Part shown: positions 18,018-28,224 of the stretch, in pieces | Position numbering within the stretch: the first letter of the stretch is position 1 | Layout of the letters: the number at the start of each line of letters is the position of its first letter | IMG/VR virus record: IMGVR_UViG_3300010885_069896 | Coordinates: 1 to 64,000 of that record | Source of the DNA: a virus | Lineage: Duplodnaviria > Caudoviricetes | DNA length: 64,000 nt | Direction: 5' to 3' (one strand) | Notes under the pieces: generated by a model | Told to the model about the DNA's origin: nothing | The model's database searches: none | The model's input: only the letters and a program-made list of their open reading frames with translations | Program-made: the position numbers and the translations under genes

Positions 18018-19121
18018 ATGATTTTCTTTCATGTTCGTCCTGGCATAATATCTGGTGTATATGAAATAAGAAATCGTATATCCAATAAAAGTTATATTGG
18101 CTCAGCATCAGATATTAGAGCTAGATGGTCAAATCATGCTCGTTTGTTAAAAAAAACAACCCATCCTAATTTACACCTTCAGGAATCATTTAAAAAACAC
18201 TTCGATGCTTTGGAAGACACTAGTTTCATGGAATTCCACATCATCGAACAAATGCCGTGTTCAACAAAAAAACAAAGATTAGAAAAAGAAACGTATTGGA
18301 TCACTCAAGCAGTCGAGCAATACGGCAGAAGAAATATTTTCAATATCAATCTAGATCCAGCAAATGAGCAGAGTAGTATATGGGCAAAAAATCCTGAAGA
18401 AGCAAAAGAGAAAATTAGGAAAAAGGCGCTTGGCAGAAAGCATACCGCAGAAACAAAAAAGAAATTAAGTATTGCTAAAGCCGGATCAATTCCTTGGAAT
18501 AAAAACTTGACCGGAGTTGCGCCTCCTGCCTGGAATAAAGGCATGGTTGGAAAATATCATCTCGGACCTCCTTCTGCCGAAACAAGACAAAAGATATCAC
18601 GAGCCAATATTGGCAAAATTTCAAGTGAAGAATCTAAAAGAAAGAACAGAGAATCACACCTTGGAAAGAATAGCCATTGGTACGGCAAGGATGGGCACAC
18701 AGAGGAAGCAAAGCGTAAGATCAGCGAAGCCCACAAGGGTAAACGTCTAACGCCACAGAACGAGTTTAAAAAAGGAAACATTCCATGGACCAAAGGCAAA
18801 AAACTCAGCGAAGAGACAAAAAGAAAAATAAGTAATGCAAATTCAGGAAGAGCTAGGGCAGATATTCAAGGATCAAAACATCATGGAGCAAAAGCCCTAG
18901 ACCTATCAGACGATCCAGTAATTTCTCCAGGTGGCAATGAATACGTCAAAATTGAATGTATCAGAGAATTTTGTAAACTACACGGAATAAATAGCAGTTG
19001 TACATTTGGCTCTGTATTAAATGGCAAAAAGAAATCTTATTATGGTTGGATGTTAAAAAGCGTAAAGCTATCTATGAACAAAGAAACAACTATACAGAAT
19101 AGTGAAATAGAAAATGAGTAA
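18018..19121 (+). CDS. GIY-YIG homing endonuclease with NUMOD3-like repeats
   Basis: GVYEIRNRISNKSYIGS, conserved R and E, repeated HTAETKKKLS/SEETKRKIS and PWNK motifs. Confidence 0.92.
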   Translation: MIFFHVRPGIISGVYEIRNRISNKSYIGSASDIRARWSNHARLLKKTTHPNLHLQESFKKHFDALEDTSFMEFHIIEQMPCSTKKQRLEKETYWITQAVEQYGRRNIFNINLDPANEQSSIWAKNPEEAKEKIRKKALGRKHTAETKKKLSIAKAGSIPWNKNLTGVAPPAWNKGMVGKYHLGPPSAETRQKISRANIGKISSEESKRKNRESHLGKNSHWYGKDGHTEEAKRKISEAHKGKRLTPQNEFKKGNIPWTKGKKLSEETKRKISNANSGRARADIQGSKHHGAKALDLSDDPVISPGGNEYVKIECIREFCKLHGINSSCTFGSVLNGKKKSYYGWMLKSVKLSMNKETTIQNSEIENE

Positions 19122-19536
19122 TGATATTTTAATGGATGATCCATCAGCGATAGATAAATTCAATCCTCCTTCTGGCCATCAGCTAGTAGAAAAAACAGAT
19201 AAAGAGCTTGAGGTATTTGTTGACCTATTAGATTCAATTAACACAATCGACGAACGATTAAAAATTTTATGGCGGCAGATATACGAAAATGCACTTATAG
19301 ATCGTCGAAATGCTTATATGATATGGACGGACTTGTACCTAACAGTACACGGAAATCCAGAACAACATGTGATTCATGGCGATCACTTGGCGAAATATAT
19401 GGAGCGTATGGAAAAAGCTAACACTCAACTTCTTAAACTAGCTGAACTTGTTTATAAAGCAAAAGACAGGCAAGAAGCAGATGAATTACCAAGAGGAAAT
19501 TCTTTGTTCGATAGGCTTGAAAAAAGAAATAGGTAA
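19114..19536 (+). CDS. Hypothetical helical protein (140 aa)
   Basis: Clean ORF overlapping the upstream stop; no function recognised. Confidence 0.7.
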   Translation: MSNDILMDDPSAIDKFNPPSGHQLVEKTDKELEVFVDLLDSINTIDERLKILWRQIYENALIDRRNAYMIWTDLYLTVHGNPEQHVIHGDHLAKYMERMEKANTQLLKLAELVYKAKDRQEADELPRGNSLFDRLEKRNR

Positions 19537-20613
19537 ATACTGGGTAAGCACTACTAATGCACTAGCTGTTACAGAGGAATAGCGATGATATTCGAACATG
19601 ATGGAAACTCAAAACTGTCGGGGATATATGAAATTCGCAATCGTCTGTCTGGGAAAAGTTACATTGGATCTGCAAAACGTATCAAAGATCGCTGGAATAT
19701 ACACGCATCTTCTCTGCGTAGCAACAAACACCAGAACAAACATTTACAACATTCTTTCAACAAAGGAATAGAATATCTGAGTCACGAAGATTTTATTGAA
19801 TTTCATGTTGTAGAAATAATGCAGTCCTCATCCAAAGAAGAAAGACTTGGGCGAGAAACATACTGGATCGAGAAAGCGATCGAAGTTTACGGTAGAGAAA
19901 ATATATACAACATGAGACTTGATCCAAATAAAGAAAATAAGGAATGGTCAAGTAACCCTAAAAAAACTAGAGAAAAAATGTCTGCCGCTCATCGCAGTAA
20001 AAAATTATCAGAAGATACAAAGAGGCGCATAAGTGTATCGAAGAAAGGTATACCAAACACGAAAGCAATTGGTGTTCCACGATCCGAAGTCACCAAGCAT
20101 AGAATCAGCAAAGCAAATTCAGGGAAGCGACGTTCGGACGAAGCAAAAAAACGAATGCGTGAAGCTAGCAGTGGGCATGTTGCCTGGAATAAAGGCTTGA
20201 CAGGAAAAGCTAACCCCATACATGGACATGAAGTATCTGAAGAGACAAGAAGAAAAATTTCGATAGCTAACAAGGGTCGAGTCATGCCTGACCACATCAG
20301 GAAGAAAATGAGTGAGTGCCATAGAGGTATTTCTTGCTCAGAAGCTGCTAAAGAAAAATTGCGAAAAGCCTTTACGGGCAGATTAGTTTCTGAAGAAACA
20401 AGAATGAGGCTGAAAGAAGCATGGAAAAGAAGAAAGTTATCGAAATTCCAGGATTCAACTGAGGTAGTATCTATCTTTGTCGAAGAACAGAAATGATAAA
20501 TAAAAAATTAATGATTTATTCCCGAGAATGGTATATAAAATCAAAAAATAATGTGCAGATAAATTACCTCTTGGTAATTCATCGTTTGATAGGCTTGAAA
20601 AAGAAATAGGTAA
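19477..20613 (+). repeat. Imperfect ~60-bp direct repeat (19477-19536 and 20555-20613) flanking a GIY-YIG gene
   Basis: gcagatgaattaccaagaggaaattctttgttcgataggcttgaaaaaagaaataggtaa versus gcagataaattacctcttggtaattcatcgtttgataggcttgaaaaa-gaaataggtaa; 50 of 60 positions identical by manual alignment. Confidence 0.9.
19585..20496 (+). CDS. GIY-YIG homing endonuclease with NUMOD3 repeats
   Basis: GIYEIRNRLSGKSYIGS and many SEETRRKIS-type repeats; N-domain closely related to 18018..19121. Confidence 0.92.
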   Translation: MIFEHDGNSKLSGIYEIRNRLSGKSYIGSAKRIKDRWNIHASSLRSNKHQNKHLQHSFNKGIEYLSHEDFIEFHVVEIMQSSSKEERLGRETYWIEKAIEVYGRENIYNMRLDPNKENKEWSSNPKKTREKMSAAHRSKKLSEDTKRRISVSKKGIPNTKAIGVPRSEVTKHRISKANSGKRRSDEAKKRMREASSGHVAWNKGLTGKANPIHGHEVSEETRRKISIANKGRVMPDHIRKKMSECHRGISCSEAAKEKLRKAFTGRLVSEETRMRLKEAWKRRKLSKFQDSTEVVSIFVEEQK

Positions 20614-20618
20614 TTGTC

Positions 20619-22391
20619 GTGGCAAGAAGTAATATTAATGCAGCCAGAATTCTGACGGGTGGTGATGGTCAGTTAAATACAAATAACATGACTGTGGAGG
20701 CGCAGACAGTTGGTAATCCGCCAGTTTTTCAAAAGGCGGTTGTCCAAGAAGTGATTTATAATCCAAAAGATTTGACAGAAGAAGATAAAACAAGACTTAA
20801 GTCAATTGTGTCAAATCCTAATGCCGTTGATCAAATTGCTGCAAATAGTATTGTTGCTGTATTGATTAGTGATGGAATGAGTCAGGCAATTACAACAAGG
20901 GTAATTTTATTTCCATATTTTCAAAGCCATTTCATGTTGCCGATACAGGCCGGGGAACAAGTTAGTGTTGTTTTTGAAGATTTTCAAAAGGATAACTTTC
21001 TCGCTGGAAGATGGATTACTAGGATTTCTGAAGGTCTCCAAACAGAAGACCTAAACTTCACTCATGGTGATAGACGATACAATAAGATTAATTTTGGAGG
21101 CGAAAGAACAAGCTCTTCACTGGCACGAACAAGTGGTTCATATACACCATTTTTTCCTAATGGCGCTGGGCAACAAAACACTTTTACTTTGCCTCAAGGT
21201 GAAAATTCTACCAATCCATATGATTTAATCTACAGAACAGCTTCTGCAAGCCTAATGCATTCCTATGAAGTTGTGCCAAGGTGGACAAAAAGACCACAAG
21301 AATTTGTTCTACAGGGAATGAACAACTCTTTGATTATGATAGGGCAGGATCGTGTTGGTTCAGTATCGGGATCTGATACTGGAAGTATAGATCAGAAGAA
21401 ATATGCTGGCACCGTAGATATCGTCACGGGACGCAGTCGTTATTTATTGCTGGACACGGATAATGAAATCGCTGCAAGTTTAAAAGGACTGAAGGGTACA
21501 TCTCCGTTTGTTGTAACGAACTCTCGTGGTTTGGAGGAGGTCGATAAAACTCCAAGATTAAATTCAAGAGTAGAACAAGTAAAAGAGGGAGATCCAGATT
21601 TCATTCATGATGCAGCCAGAATATATGTTTCAATGAAAACGCTTGGCGATACTAATTTTAAGCTCGCCAAAACAAATGATGGAAATGCATTAAATGCCTT
21701 ACAAACAACTGGTATAAATTATCCAACTAGCTCATTATATCCGGTACAGTTCCTTTCAACAAGCAATAAAATAGGCTCATCTTATGTTATTGGAAAAGCT
21801 GACCATATCCGTATGGTTGCTAGAAGAAGTGTGCCAACAGAACAGCCTACTTTAAGTGGCAGCATATTATTACTCAAAGAGGGCAACAACAGAACGCCGG
21901 AAGATATAAATACGCAAACAGCGCCACAGGATCACTTGGCCTACCTCTATATGTCACCAGAGGGTCGTGTTCAAATAGATGGCATGCAAATATTTCTTGG
22001 CGGCAGCGCCTTGCGTGTAGATAATCAAGCACCTCCACCAGATGTGCCACTTAACCCAGAAGGATCAAACTCTGCGGTAGAAGTTGGTACTGAGAATTTA
22101 TTTGCAGGAACGGAGCCATATATTAAATGGTCAGAATATAAAAATACCGTAGAGAACCTTCAGCAACAAATAAAAGATTTACGTGACGCTTATTCTGGTT
22201 TGGTTGATGATATCGGCGGTTTGGTTGGTAGGCAGGTATGTACGCCATTTGGACCGGATTCTGGTTGGCCTACTTTATACGGTAAAAGCCAAACAAGAAG
22301 ATCACAACTGGATTCCAGTCTTCAAGACCACAGAACTAAAACCAACCAAGCGGTATATAAATCGAGGAGCTCTAAAATATTTGGGCAATAG
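20619..22391 (+). CDS. Probable baseplate hub/central spike protein (T4 gp5/VgrG-like)
   Basis: GTG start with an ATAGGT SD. OB-fold-like FMLPIQAGEQVSVVF, beta-rich RIYVS/VIGKADHIRMVAR/VQIDG segments, and an EPY motif before a C-terminal coil; upstream of gp25/gp6-like genes. Confidence 0.55.
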   Translation: MARSNINAARILTGGDGQLNTNNMTVEAQTVGNPPVFQKAVVQEVIYNPKDLTEEDKTRLKSIVSNPNAVDQIAANSIVAVLISDGMSQAITTRVILFPYFQSHFMLPIQAGEQVSVVFEDFQKDNFLAGRWITRISEGLQTEDLNFTHGDRRYNKINFGGERTSSSLARTSGSYTPFFPNGAGQQNTFTLPQGENSTNPYDLIYRTASASLMHSYEVVPRWTKRPQEFVLQGMNNSLIMIGQDRVGSVSGSDTGSIDQKKYAGTVDIVTGRSRYLLLDTDNEIAASLKGLKGTSPFVVTNSRGLEEVDKTPRLNSRVEQVKEGDPDFIHDAARIYVSMKTLGDTNFKLAKTNDGNALNALQTTGINYPTSSLYPVQFLSTSNKIGSSYVIGKADHIRMVARRSVPTEQPTLSGSILLLKEGNNRTPEDINTQTAPQDHLAYLYMSPEGRVQIDGMQIFLGGSALRVDNQAPPPDVPLNPEGSNSAVEVGTENLFAGTEPYIKWSEYKNTVENLQQQIKDLRDAYSGLVDDIGGLVGRQVCTPFGPDSGWPTLYGKSQTRRSQLDSSLQDHRTKTNQAVYKSRSSKIFGQ

Positions 22392-22407
22392 AAGCTATTG
22401 CCCAAAT
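22379..22407 (+). promoter_or_regulatory. Perfect 13-bp hairpin over the spike stop codon, just upstream of the endonuclease start
   Basis: ATTTGGGCAATAG-aag-CTATTGCCCAAAT; ATG at 22417; no U-tract. Confidence 0.7.
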
Positions 22408-22416
22408 CGTAGCTCT

Positions 22417-23226
22417 ATGAAACATGAAGAACAAGAGAAAGATTTATTAAAATCTGGTATTTACACGCTGACAAATAAGCTAAATGGAAGAATATATATT
22501 GGATCTGCAAAGAGATTTAGAGATCGTTGGCAATCTCACAGATATTGTCTTAAAGCCAATAAACATAGCAACTGTTTTCTACAGGCCGATTATAATAAAT
22601 GTGGCCCTGGGTCTTTTTTATTTAAAATTGTTGAATTAACTGATGATAAATCAAAAGAAGAAAGGTTGCTGATTGAAGAAAAATGGATTGAGCAATATTA
22701 TGATTCTGGCCATAAATGCTATAATCTTTGTAAAAGAGCTTTTTCACGAGAGGGGTGCCGTGATAAAAGCACAAAAGAGACTAAGGAAAGAAAAAGAAAA
22801 GCTGGTCTTAAGAACATGGAAAATCCTGAATTCAGGAATAGGTCAATTGAATCTTTGCGTATTAATTTATTATTAAATGGACCTCCGAATCTAGGCAATA
22901 AGCATAGTACAGAAACAAAAAAGATAATGTCTGACAAGCATATAGGAAAATTAAAATCCGAAGAAACAAAGAGACGAATGTCGGAAGCGCAATCTAAACG
23001 TGCTGAAAGTAATCCAAGTTTTATAAAAAATCTTTACCTATCCAGCTTAGAATCTGTTTCAAAACCTATAATTGTAAGAAATAAAATAACCGGCGAAATT
23101 ATAAGGTGTATTTCTAAAACAGCAACATGTAAAGAATTTGGGTTTAAAAATACAAAACAGTTAAAATGGTACATTGATGGTAAATGGGTTCATGATTTAT
23201 ATGAATTCTATGAAGAAGCTCAATAA
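22417..23226 (+). CDS. GIY-YIG homing endonuclease
   Basis: SGIYTLTNKLNGRIYIGS, NUMOD3 HSTETKKIMS. Start moved from 22183 to ATG 22417, after the spike gene ends. Confidence 0.9.
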   Translation: MKHEEQEKDLLKSGIYTLTNKLNGRIYIGSAKRFRDRWQSHRYCLKANKHSNCFLQADYNKCGPGSFLFKIVELTDDKSKEERLLIEEKWIEQYYDSGHKCYNLCKRAFSREGCRDKSTKETKERKRKAGLKNMENPEFRNRSIESLRINLLLNGPPNLGNKHSTETKKIMSDKHIGKLKSEETKRRMSEAQSKRAESNPSFIKNLYLSSLESVSKPIIVRNKITGEIIRCISKTATCKEFGFKNTKQLKWYIDGKWVHDLYEFYEEAQ

Positions 23227-23320
23227 TCATAATACTAACACTATGTACCAATGTTATATTATCAAATAACATTAAATTCTAAAATTATCATTAGTTATGA
23301 ATAGGAATTAATTAAATAAC

Positions 23321-24172
23321 ATGCCAGAGCAACTTCCACAACTACCATCATTGCCAACCCCTGAAGATTTGGCCAGACAAGGCACTAATACCATAAAAAT
23401 AACTTCATTAGAAGCAGCTTTAAATGCATTGCCGCCTCCACTTGGACAAGGTGCAGTAGGCTTGAGCAATTCATTATATGCAGTGTTAATACGGCCACCA
23501 GAGCCTTCTGGTCCTGGGGCTCCACCAAGCTCTGATCAAGTTAAATTATTTGCATTAGGTATAGCGATGGCTATCGTTATGTTTGTATGGTGTCTTATAA
23601 AGAATTTTTTAAATAGCTTGCCAATCATCGGAATTTTTGTTGATGGCTGCACAAGTGATGAACAGGCTATTCCGCCTTCAATAACTGCCCAAAACAAGGA
23701 TTCATTAGATAATTTTATTACATCTGAGGTTGAATCAGTTAAACCAAATATATCTCCTGGAGCAACAAACCCCACGGCAAAAGGAAGGACTTTTGAAGAG
23801 TTCGCTGCCTCTATTAGCGTAAATAATCAATCTGGTGCAACTGCCAATTTGCCTGAAAGTTTGGGCGGTGCTGGTTCGGCTGGTGGATTTAATGGATTTA
23901 GTGCTGGTGCTGCTGGTGCTGCTGGTGCCGCTGGTGCCGCTGGTGCCGCTGGTGCTGCTATAAATGCTGCTGCGTCGGGCTTACAGCTTGGACAGAATGC
24001 AACTGGTGCTTCAAAATCATCGGCAAATATACAACAATCGTCAGCGGACACATCAGCGGCTAGTACAGCTAATAGCAATGATGTACAAAATAGTACACCT
24101 TCTCAAAGAGATAATGCTACCCAAGATGTACGATTATCTTCCGAAGGTCTAAAGAAATTATTTGGTTTATAA
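23321..24172 (+). CDS. Hypothetical virion-module protein with a hydrophobic segment and Gly/Ala low complexity
   Basis: LFALGIAMAIVMFVWCLI hydrophobic stretch and a (GAA)6 repeat; located between the spike and gp25-like genes. Confidence 0.65.
   Translation: MPEQLPQLPSLPTPEDLARQGTNTIKITSLEAALNALPPPLGQGAVGLSNSLYAVLIRPPEPSGPGAPPSSDQVKLFALGIAMAIVMFVWCLIKNFLNSLPIIGIFVDGCTSDEQAIPPSITAQNKDSLDNFITSEVESVKPNISPGATNPTAKGRTFEEFAASISVNNQSGATANLPESLGGAGSAGGFNGFSAGAAGAAGAAGAAGAAGAAINAAASGLQLGQNATGASKSSANIQQSSADTSAASTANSNDVQNSTPSQRDNATQDVRLSSEGLKKLFGL
23906..23959 (+). repeat. 9-bp tandem repeat (GGTGCYGCT)x6 encoding Gly-Ala-Ala
   Basis: Six consecutive units read directly from the sequence. Confidence 0.95.
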
Positions 24173-24181
24173 TTAATAGTC

Positions 24182-24655
24182 ATGAGAAGTTTTAAAAGTG
24201 TTGGAATCACTGGCGCAGAATTAACAGCACAGCAAGTAGCTATTGCTCCTACCCCGATACGTATTGGAATTGTTACTCCTTTAGCCATAGGAAATAATGA
24301 TGAAGGCTTGCTAGCCATGAGTTATAATGTTGGAACGCAGATGAAAAATAATCTTCGTGATCTAATAATGACAAATTGGGGTGAGCGTTTAGCGCTGTAT
24401 GATTACGGGGCAAATCTACAGCCTTTAGTTACTGAATATGAGAATGGCAAAGATAATTTCGACAATAACGCTATGCAAAGAATAATGGCTGCTGTTCAAA
24501 AATATATGTCATATGTTGAACTAGATGGATTTAATAGTGAGGCAAGGGCAGCGGAAAATATTGGAGTTGGCAATGTGGTGATTACAGTTGATTATAGTAT
24601 TCCGAGAGCAAACGTTCCAACTACCAGATTAGAAATAAGTTTTGCAGTTACTTAA
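24182..24655 (+). CDS. Baseplate wedge subunit, T4 gp25-like
   Basis: QMKNNLRDLIMTNWGERL-YDYGANL-L-E motif; size about 157 aa. Confidence 0.85.
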   Translation: MRSFKSVGITGAELTAQQVAIAPTPIRIGIVTPLAIGNNDEGLLAMSYNVGTQMKNNLRDLIMTNWGERLALYDYGANLQPLVTEYENGKDNFDNNAMQRIMAAVQKYMSYVELDGFNSEARAAENIGVGNVVITVDYSIPRANVPTTRLEISFAVT

Positions 24656-24696
24656 TATTTCTCTGAAAGATATCTAATATAAAGTGAGAATTAAAT

Positions 24697-26556
24697 ATGC
24701 CGGTTGATTCAAGAAGAAACATCCAACAAGCCATCAGAGAAAGAAAATTTTTAAATAAAGATTTTGATTCCTTCAGAAGCGATCTTGAGGAATACGCACG
24801 AAATTTTTTTCCTGATAAAATTCAAGATTTTTCACCAAATGGTTTTGGTGGATTATTAATCGAACTTGCAAGTTACATTGGAGATGTTCAATCATTTTAT
24901 CTTGATCATCAATTTGGCGAACTGAATGCTGAGACGGCAGTCGAAACAAAAAATTTAGAAAAACTACTAAGGGAAGCTGGAGTAAATATTATTGGTGCAG
25001 CTCCTGCCGTAGTGGGTGTAACATTCTTTGTTAAGGTGCCTGCAAGTTCAGGCACCTATGATAAAAGCGGATTACCAGTTATTAAAGCTGGATCAACAGT
25101 GAGTTCTAATGCATCCGTGTCATTCCAGTTAATTGATGATATTGATTTTACGATAACAAAAAGCGATGGAACGCCTGGGGTTGGTATAAATTATGTTGTT
25201 GGTGAAACTGATAATAATAACAACCCAATAAACTATATTTTCAGTGCTACCGGCGATTCTTTGTCAAGCATAGCACGTACTGAGTCGTTCTCAGTTAATG
25301 GGTTTGAACCATTTAAAAAATATACAATTCAAAGTCGTGATGTTACGGATATTATATCAGTGATAGACTCTGATGGCAACAATTATTATGAGGTTGACTT
25401 TTTGACACAGGATACTATTTTTAGATCGGTAAAAAACAGGATACCTGCTTCTGAGTCGCCTCCAAATCAACAATATGTTGATTCTAATTTAGAAATATTG
25501 CCAGCACCATTTAGATTTTATAGATCAACATCATTGGCTACACGTTTAACTACGCTTACTTTTGGTGGTGGTTCTAGCGAATCCATGAACATTGATTTAA
25601 TACCAGATCCAAGCCAAGCTGCTCTTCCATTATATGGAAAAAGAAGTTTTTCAAGATTCTCAATTGATCCAAATAATTTGTTAAAAACATCAACTCTTGG
25701 ATCTATAGCACCAAACGTTACAATAACTGTGAATTATAAATCTGGTGGGGGTTTGAATCATAATATTCCGCCACAGAGTATTTCTGAGGTTGCGATAGCA
25801 ATCATGGAATTTCCAAACAGCCCAACTCCAGGGGTTGCATCTATCGTAAGGGCTTCGGTAGACGCAAATAACAATGCAGAGGCTGCTGGAGGCGCAGATG
25901 CACCAACCATTGATGAATTAAGGTTACAAATTCCATCTGCAAGGAATGCACAATCTAGAATTGTTAGTAAAGAAGATCTTCTGGGTAGAATCTATTCTTT
26001 GCCAGCAAACTTTGGGCGAGTATATCGTGCATCTATCCGCAACAATCCAGATAACCCAAACAGCGCTCTGCTTTATCTTCTTTGCCGCAACGCAAATAAC
26101 GAACTTGTTCTTGCACCAGATTTATTAAAAAAGAATTTGGCGACTTATCTAAACCAGTATCGAATGATTTCGGATGCAATTGATATTATGGATGGCCGAA
26201 TCATTAACTTACAAATTAATTATGACATTACGGTTGATCCAACGTATAACCGCCAGCTTGTATTACAAAATGTCCAGTCTAAACTTATTCAATATTTTAA
26301 TATTGGTAATTTTCAAATGGATCAACCTTTGATTCTCGATGATCTTAGAAACATTATCTATAACAACGTTGGTGTTTTGGCTGTAAGAGGTATTACCGCT
26401 ACAAACCAAACTGGTACAATCAGTGGTAGAAATTATAGCACAGTACGCTATGATGTTAACACGAACTTAATTAACAATTCAATTCTTATACCACCTCCTG
26501 GTGGTATGTTTGAGGTGAAATATAAAAATTTTGATTTAATCGGACGCTCAAGCTGA
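24697..26556 (+). CDS. Baseplate wedge protein, T4 gp6 / baseplate J-like
   Basis: FLNKDFDSFRSDL, LIELASYIGDVQSFYLDHQ, GGADAPTIDELR, RIVSKED. Confidence 0.88.
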   Translation: MPVDSRRNIQQAIRERKFLNKDFDSFRSDLEEYARNFFPDKIQDFSPNGFGGLLIELASYIGDVQSFYLDHQFGELNAETAVETKNLEKLLREAGVNIIGAAPAVVGVTFFVKVPASSGTYDKSGLPVIKAGSTVSSNASVSFQLIDDIDFTITKSDGTPGVGINYVVGETDNNNNPINYIFSATGDSLSSIARTESFSVNGFEPFKKYTIQSRDVTDIISVIDSDGNNYYEVDFLTQDTIFRSVKNRIPASESPPNQQYVDSNLEILPAPFRFYRSTSLATRLTTLTFGGGSSESMNIDLIPDPSQAALPLYGKRSFSRFSIDPNNLLKTSTLGSIAPNVTITVNYKSGGGLNHNIPPQSISEVAIAIMEFPNSPTPGVASIVRASVDANNNAEAAGGADAPTIDELRLQIPSARNAQSRIVSKEDLLGRIYSLPANFGRVYRASIRNNPDNPNSALLYLLCRNANNELVLAPDLLKKNLATYLNQYRMISDAIDIMDGRIINLQINYDITVDPTYNRQLVLQNVQSKLIQYFNIGNFQMDQPLILDDLRNIIYNNVGVLAVRGITATNQTGTISGRNYSTVRYDVNTNLINNSILIPPPGGMFEVKYKNFDLIGRSS

Positions 26557-26640
26557 TAAAATTTTCTATTTACATATTTTGTTAAAATGATAAAGTATTG
26601 AAGTATTTACAGAATAGCATAATAGAAAGCAAAGATTTCA

Positions 26641-28224
26641 ATGTACCGTATTCTAAAAGCCGACAAAGATTCATATGTCACGAATAAAGCGATTTATAGT
26701 GCTCGTGGTGGTTTCACTAGTTCAATATATTCAAATGTTGGGCAAGCTGGAACAATTGATTTATTCAAGCTTTATAAAGAGGGTGGTAATACAGGCATTG
26801 AATTAAGCCGTGGCGTTATTCATTTTAATTTAGACCCAATAAGAGAGTTAACTGGGTCGTTAATAAATGTTAATGACACAAGTTTTAAATGTTATGTAAA
26901 TCTAAAAGATGTATATGGTGGTCAAACAGTACCATCAAATTTTGACTTAATTTTATATCCGTTAGCAAAAGAATTTGAAGAAGGAAGGGGAAATGATGTC
27001 ATAGGATATCGTGATTTAGACGCAGTAAATTGGGTGACGGCAAGCTTAAATGGTATAAATTCTTGGACAACTGGCGGAATTGGAGCATCTGGGTCAGCTG
27101 GTGATATAATCACTATTAATGCTGATTATTATACTTTCTACTCCTCTTCTATTGGTTATCTTCCACTAGGGTTTACACAACATTTTGATCGTGGAGATGA
27201 AGATTTACTAATAGATGTAACTACAGCCATTTCAGCAACATTGGTTGGTGGTATACCGGATTATGGTTTTAGGCTAAGTTATTCGGGAAGCCAAGAAACA
27301 GATAGCGTAACACGATTCGTTAAGAGATTTAGTTCCAGACAATCTAGAAACACCAACCTTCATCCTAGATTAATTATAAAATACAATGACACATTTATTG
27401 ATAACCAAGTACAGACTTATTTTGACGTAAATAATAAGATAGGAATTTATAATTCTCCATACGGCAATCCTACGAATTTTTTATCTGGAGCGATCCCAGT
27501 AAGTGGTTCTGGTAGCGTGTTGCTTAAATTGTTTGCAAGCCAAAGTTCTTATGTCACAGCGACAACTTACAGCTATAGTCATCAGGCTACAATAAGTTAT
27601 TTATCAACAAGTTGGAGTTATTTCTCTCAATCATTTACTGGATCACAGATATCATTTGGCGGAATAAATCAATCTGGTTCATATTATGCTGATGTATGTA
27701 TACCATTTAATGCTTCTGGATTATCTAGCGTAATCAATGGAAATTCTGTGGTTTTTAATTCTCTCTGGACTTCGCTTGATCAGAGTGTTGTATATACGAC
27801 AGGTTCTAATTTCACTATGATGGCTTTAAATGCTTCAAACGCCAGTATTCCTCAGAAAAACTATGCTATAAATATTACAAATTTACAGGATGTTTACAAC
27901 GATAAAGATGTCGCTAAACTGAGAGTATTTGCGTATGATTTTGACCCAACGCTAACTTCGTTTTATATACCTTATGATGTAAAACCTAAGATATTTAAAA
28001 CCATGTATTGGAGTGTCATTGATCCATATTCTAAAGAAATAATAATACCATTTGATGATAGCGGTACACAGCTATCTGCCGATGGAAAAGGTATGTATTT
28101 TAATTTGTACATGCAAGACTTACCTATTAACAGACCTTTGGAAATAAAATTATTAATTAAAGAATACGGCAACAGTAGCCTTGTAGAAAATCAAGCATTT
28201 ATATTTAAGATAGTGGATGTATGA
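26641..28224 (+). CDS. Putative virion structural (tail/baseplate) protein
   Basis: Ser/Gly/Thr-rich and beta-rich; RFVKRFSSR-PRLIIKY motif; operon context. Confidence 0.6.
   Translation: MYRILKADKDSYVTNKAIYSARGGFTSSIYSNVGQAGTIDLFKLYKEGGNTGIELSRGVIHFNLDPIRELTGSLINVNDTSFKCYVNLKDVYGGQTVPSNFDLILYPLAKEFEEGRGNDVIGYRDLDAVNWVTASLNGINSWTTGGIGASGSAGDIITINADYYTFYSSSIGYLPLGFTQHFDRGDEDLLIDVTTAISATLVGGIPDYGFRLSYSGSQETDSVTRFVKRFSSRQSRNTNLHPRLIIKYNDTFIDNQVQTYFDVNNKIGIYNSPYGNPTNFLSGAIPVSGSGSVLLKLFASQSSYVTATTYSYSHQATISYLSTSWSYFSQSFTGSQISFGGINQSGSYYADVCIPFNASGLSSVINGNSVVFNSLWTSLDQSVVYTTGSNFTMMALNASNASIPQKNYAINITNLQDVYNDKDVAKLRVFAYDFDPTLTSFYIPYDVKPKIFKTMYWSVIDPYSKEIIIPFDDSGTQLSADGKGMYFNLYMQDLPINRPLEIKLLIKEYGNSSLVENQAFIFKIVDV

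Noticed and set aside
18004-19121. Possible duplicated sigma-factor 3' end around the 18018 endonuclease
   Set aside because: No convincing DNA or protein similarity was found on either flank.
22183-22416. 78-codon N-terminal extension of the GIY-YIG ORF
   Set aside because: It overlaps the spike gene in another frame with no domain-like content. ATG 22417 directly precedes the GIY motif.
23227-23320. Possible duplicated spike 3' end after the 22417 endonuclease
   Set aside because: Only TCTAAAAT and scattered AT-rich matches; not distinguishable from chance.
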